64,000 nucleotides of DNA from a bacterium. GTDB taxonomy: Bacteria > Hinthialibacterota > Hinthialibacteria > Hinthialibacterales > Hinthialibacteraceae. Under the pieces are notes generated by a model. That model had not been told where the DNA came from. It did no database searches and was given only the letters and a program-made list of their open reading frames with translations. Shown piece after piece: positions 63,280-64,000 of the stretch; the stretch's first letter is position 1; every line of letters begins with the position of its first letter. Location: positions 64,001 to 128,000 of the forward strand of contig JBHGBC010000001.1 in assembly GCA_041946805.1 (NCBI GenBank), read 5' to 3'. The translations under genes and the position numbers were made by a program.

Positions 63280-63417
63280 ATTCAACTCCGAGTGTATGAA
63301 CGGTCTGGGATTGACAAAAAAACTGGATCTATCCTACAAGCGGGTTCCCCTCACGGCAAGAAGGCGGGATCGGCGGTCCCGCATGTCCAGCCGTTTTCAC
63401 GGCGCATCCCCGCCGGT

Positions 63418-64000
63418 TCAGGTCTTCTGGGGCTTTTTCTTGGCCGCCGGAAACAGCACGTTGTTCAGGATCAGGCGGTACCCCGGCGAGTTGGTATACT
63501 GGGACAGGTCCGTATCTCCCTCGCCGACCAGGTGTTGAGGATCTTCCGGATCGTGGCCGCCCAAGAACGTGAAGGTCCCCTTCTCCAGCACGCCGTGGAT
63601 GTACTTGGCGACGCCGAATCCCGGAAATTCGGCCAGCACAATCACGTTGGGCTTCAATCTGCTTTTCCGGAACGCGGTCGTCTGTCCCCAGAAATCCTTG
63701 ACTTTCCGGACATGATCCTGAGTGAGCATGGTGGGCACGGGATCGAACTTGGCGGAAAAATCGAAGAGATCGAAGGTGTCGCTCTGGTAGCGTTCTCCCG
63801 GCGTCAACGGGCTGGGATTGGTGTCGATATCGGAAAATTCATATATCAACGGATTGGGAATGATCGTGAAGTGAGCAAAGGCCAGGGTATTGGCGAAATC
63901 GAGTTTTTCCTGGTATCCGGGAGTCAGTCCGTCCCCGTCGATGGGAGCCTCGACGATATCGACGCCCAGGGCGGACAGGGCGATGTCCAGGGTGTCGGTG
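63418..64000 (-). CDS. 3' part of a conserved uncharacterised protein (family often labelled asparagine synthetase B); 5' end lies outside the window
   Basis: FSAKFDPVPTMLTQDH...GQTTAF...GGHDPED.QH.VG...NSPGYRLILNNVLFPAAKKK; reading frame appears open to the window edge. Confidence 0.7.
   Translation of the reverse strand, partial: TDTLDIALSALGVDIVEAPIDGDGLTPGYQEKLDFANTLAFAHFTIIPNPLIYEFSDIDTNPSPLTPGERYQSDTFDLFDFSAKFDPVPTMLTQDHVRKVKDFWGQTTAFRKSRLKPNVIVLAEFPGFGVAKYIHGVLEKGTFTFLGGHDPEDPQHLVGEGDTDLSQYTNSPGYRLILNNVLFPAAKKKPQKT

Overview
GC-rich bacterial chromosomal window from a diderm lineage that I cannot place with confidence. It contains housekeeping genes (rho, msbA-like, dksA-like, pyrE, nadE, gyrB, dxr, proB, obg), envelope and secreted proteins (GT39, alpha-2-macroglobulin, VanW, PpiC, two vWA proteins, O-antigen-ligase/TPR, a large M4 protease, an FGE-like protein), an ECF sigma/anti-sigma module, and a Cus-type heavy-metal efflux island with its own sigma54 two-component system. 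No rRNA, tRNA, CRISPR array or transposase was seen. Most interesting: (1) a ppiC-vanW-AMMECR1-alpha2M gene run, where a VanW-type transpeptidase and an apparently exported AMMECR1 protein replace the usual PBP1C partner; (2) an IspG homologue lacking its whole C-terminal [4Fe-4S] domain but carrying a Cys-containing insertion; (3) a 311-bp MITE inserted in the loop of a REP hairpin, with filled, empty and half sites all in the window; (4) an unrecognised ~175-aa domain shared by two unrelated secreted proteins; (5) two sigma54 promoters, each with a TGATGC-N4-GCATCA-like site about 95-100 bp upstream. All family calls come from motif recognition by eye; no searches were run.
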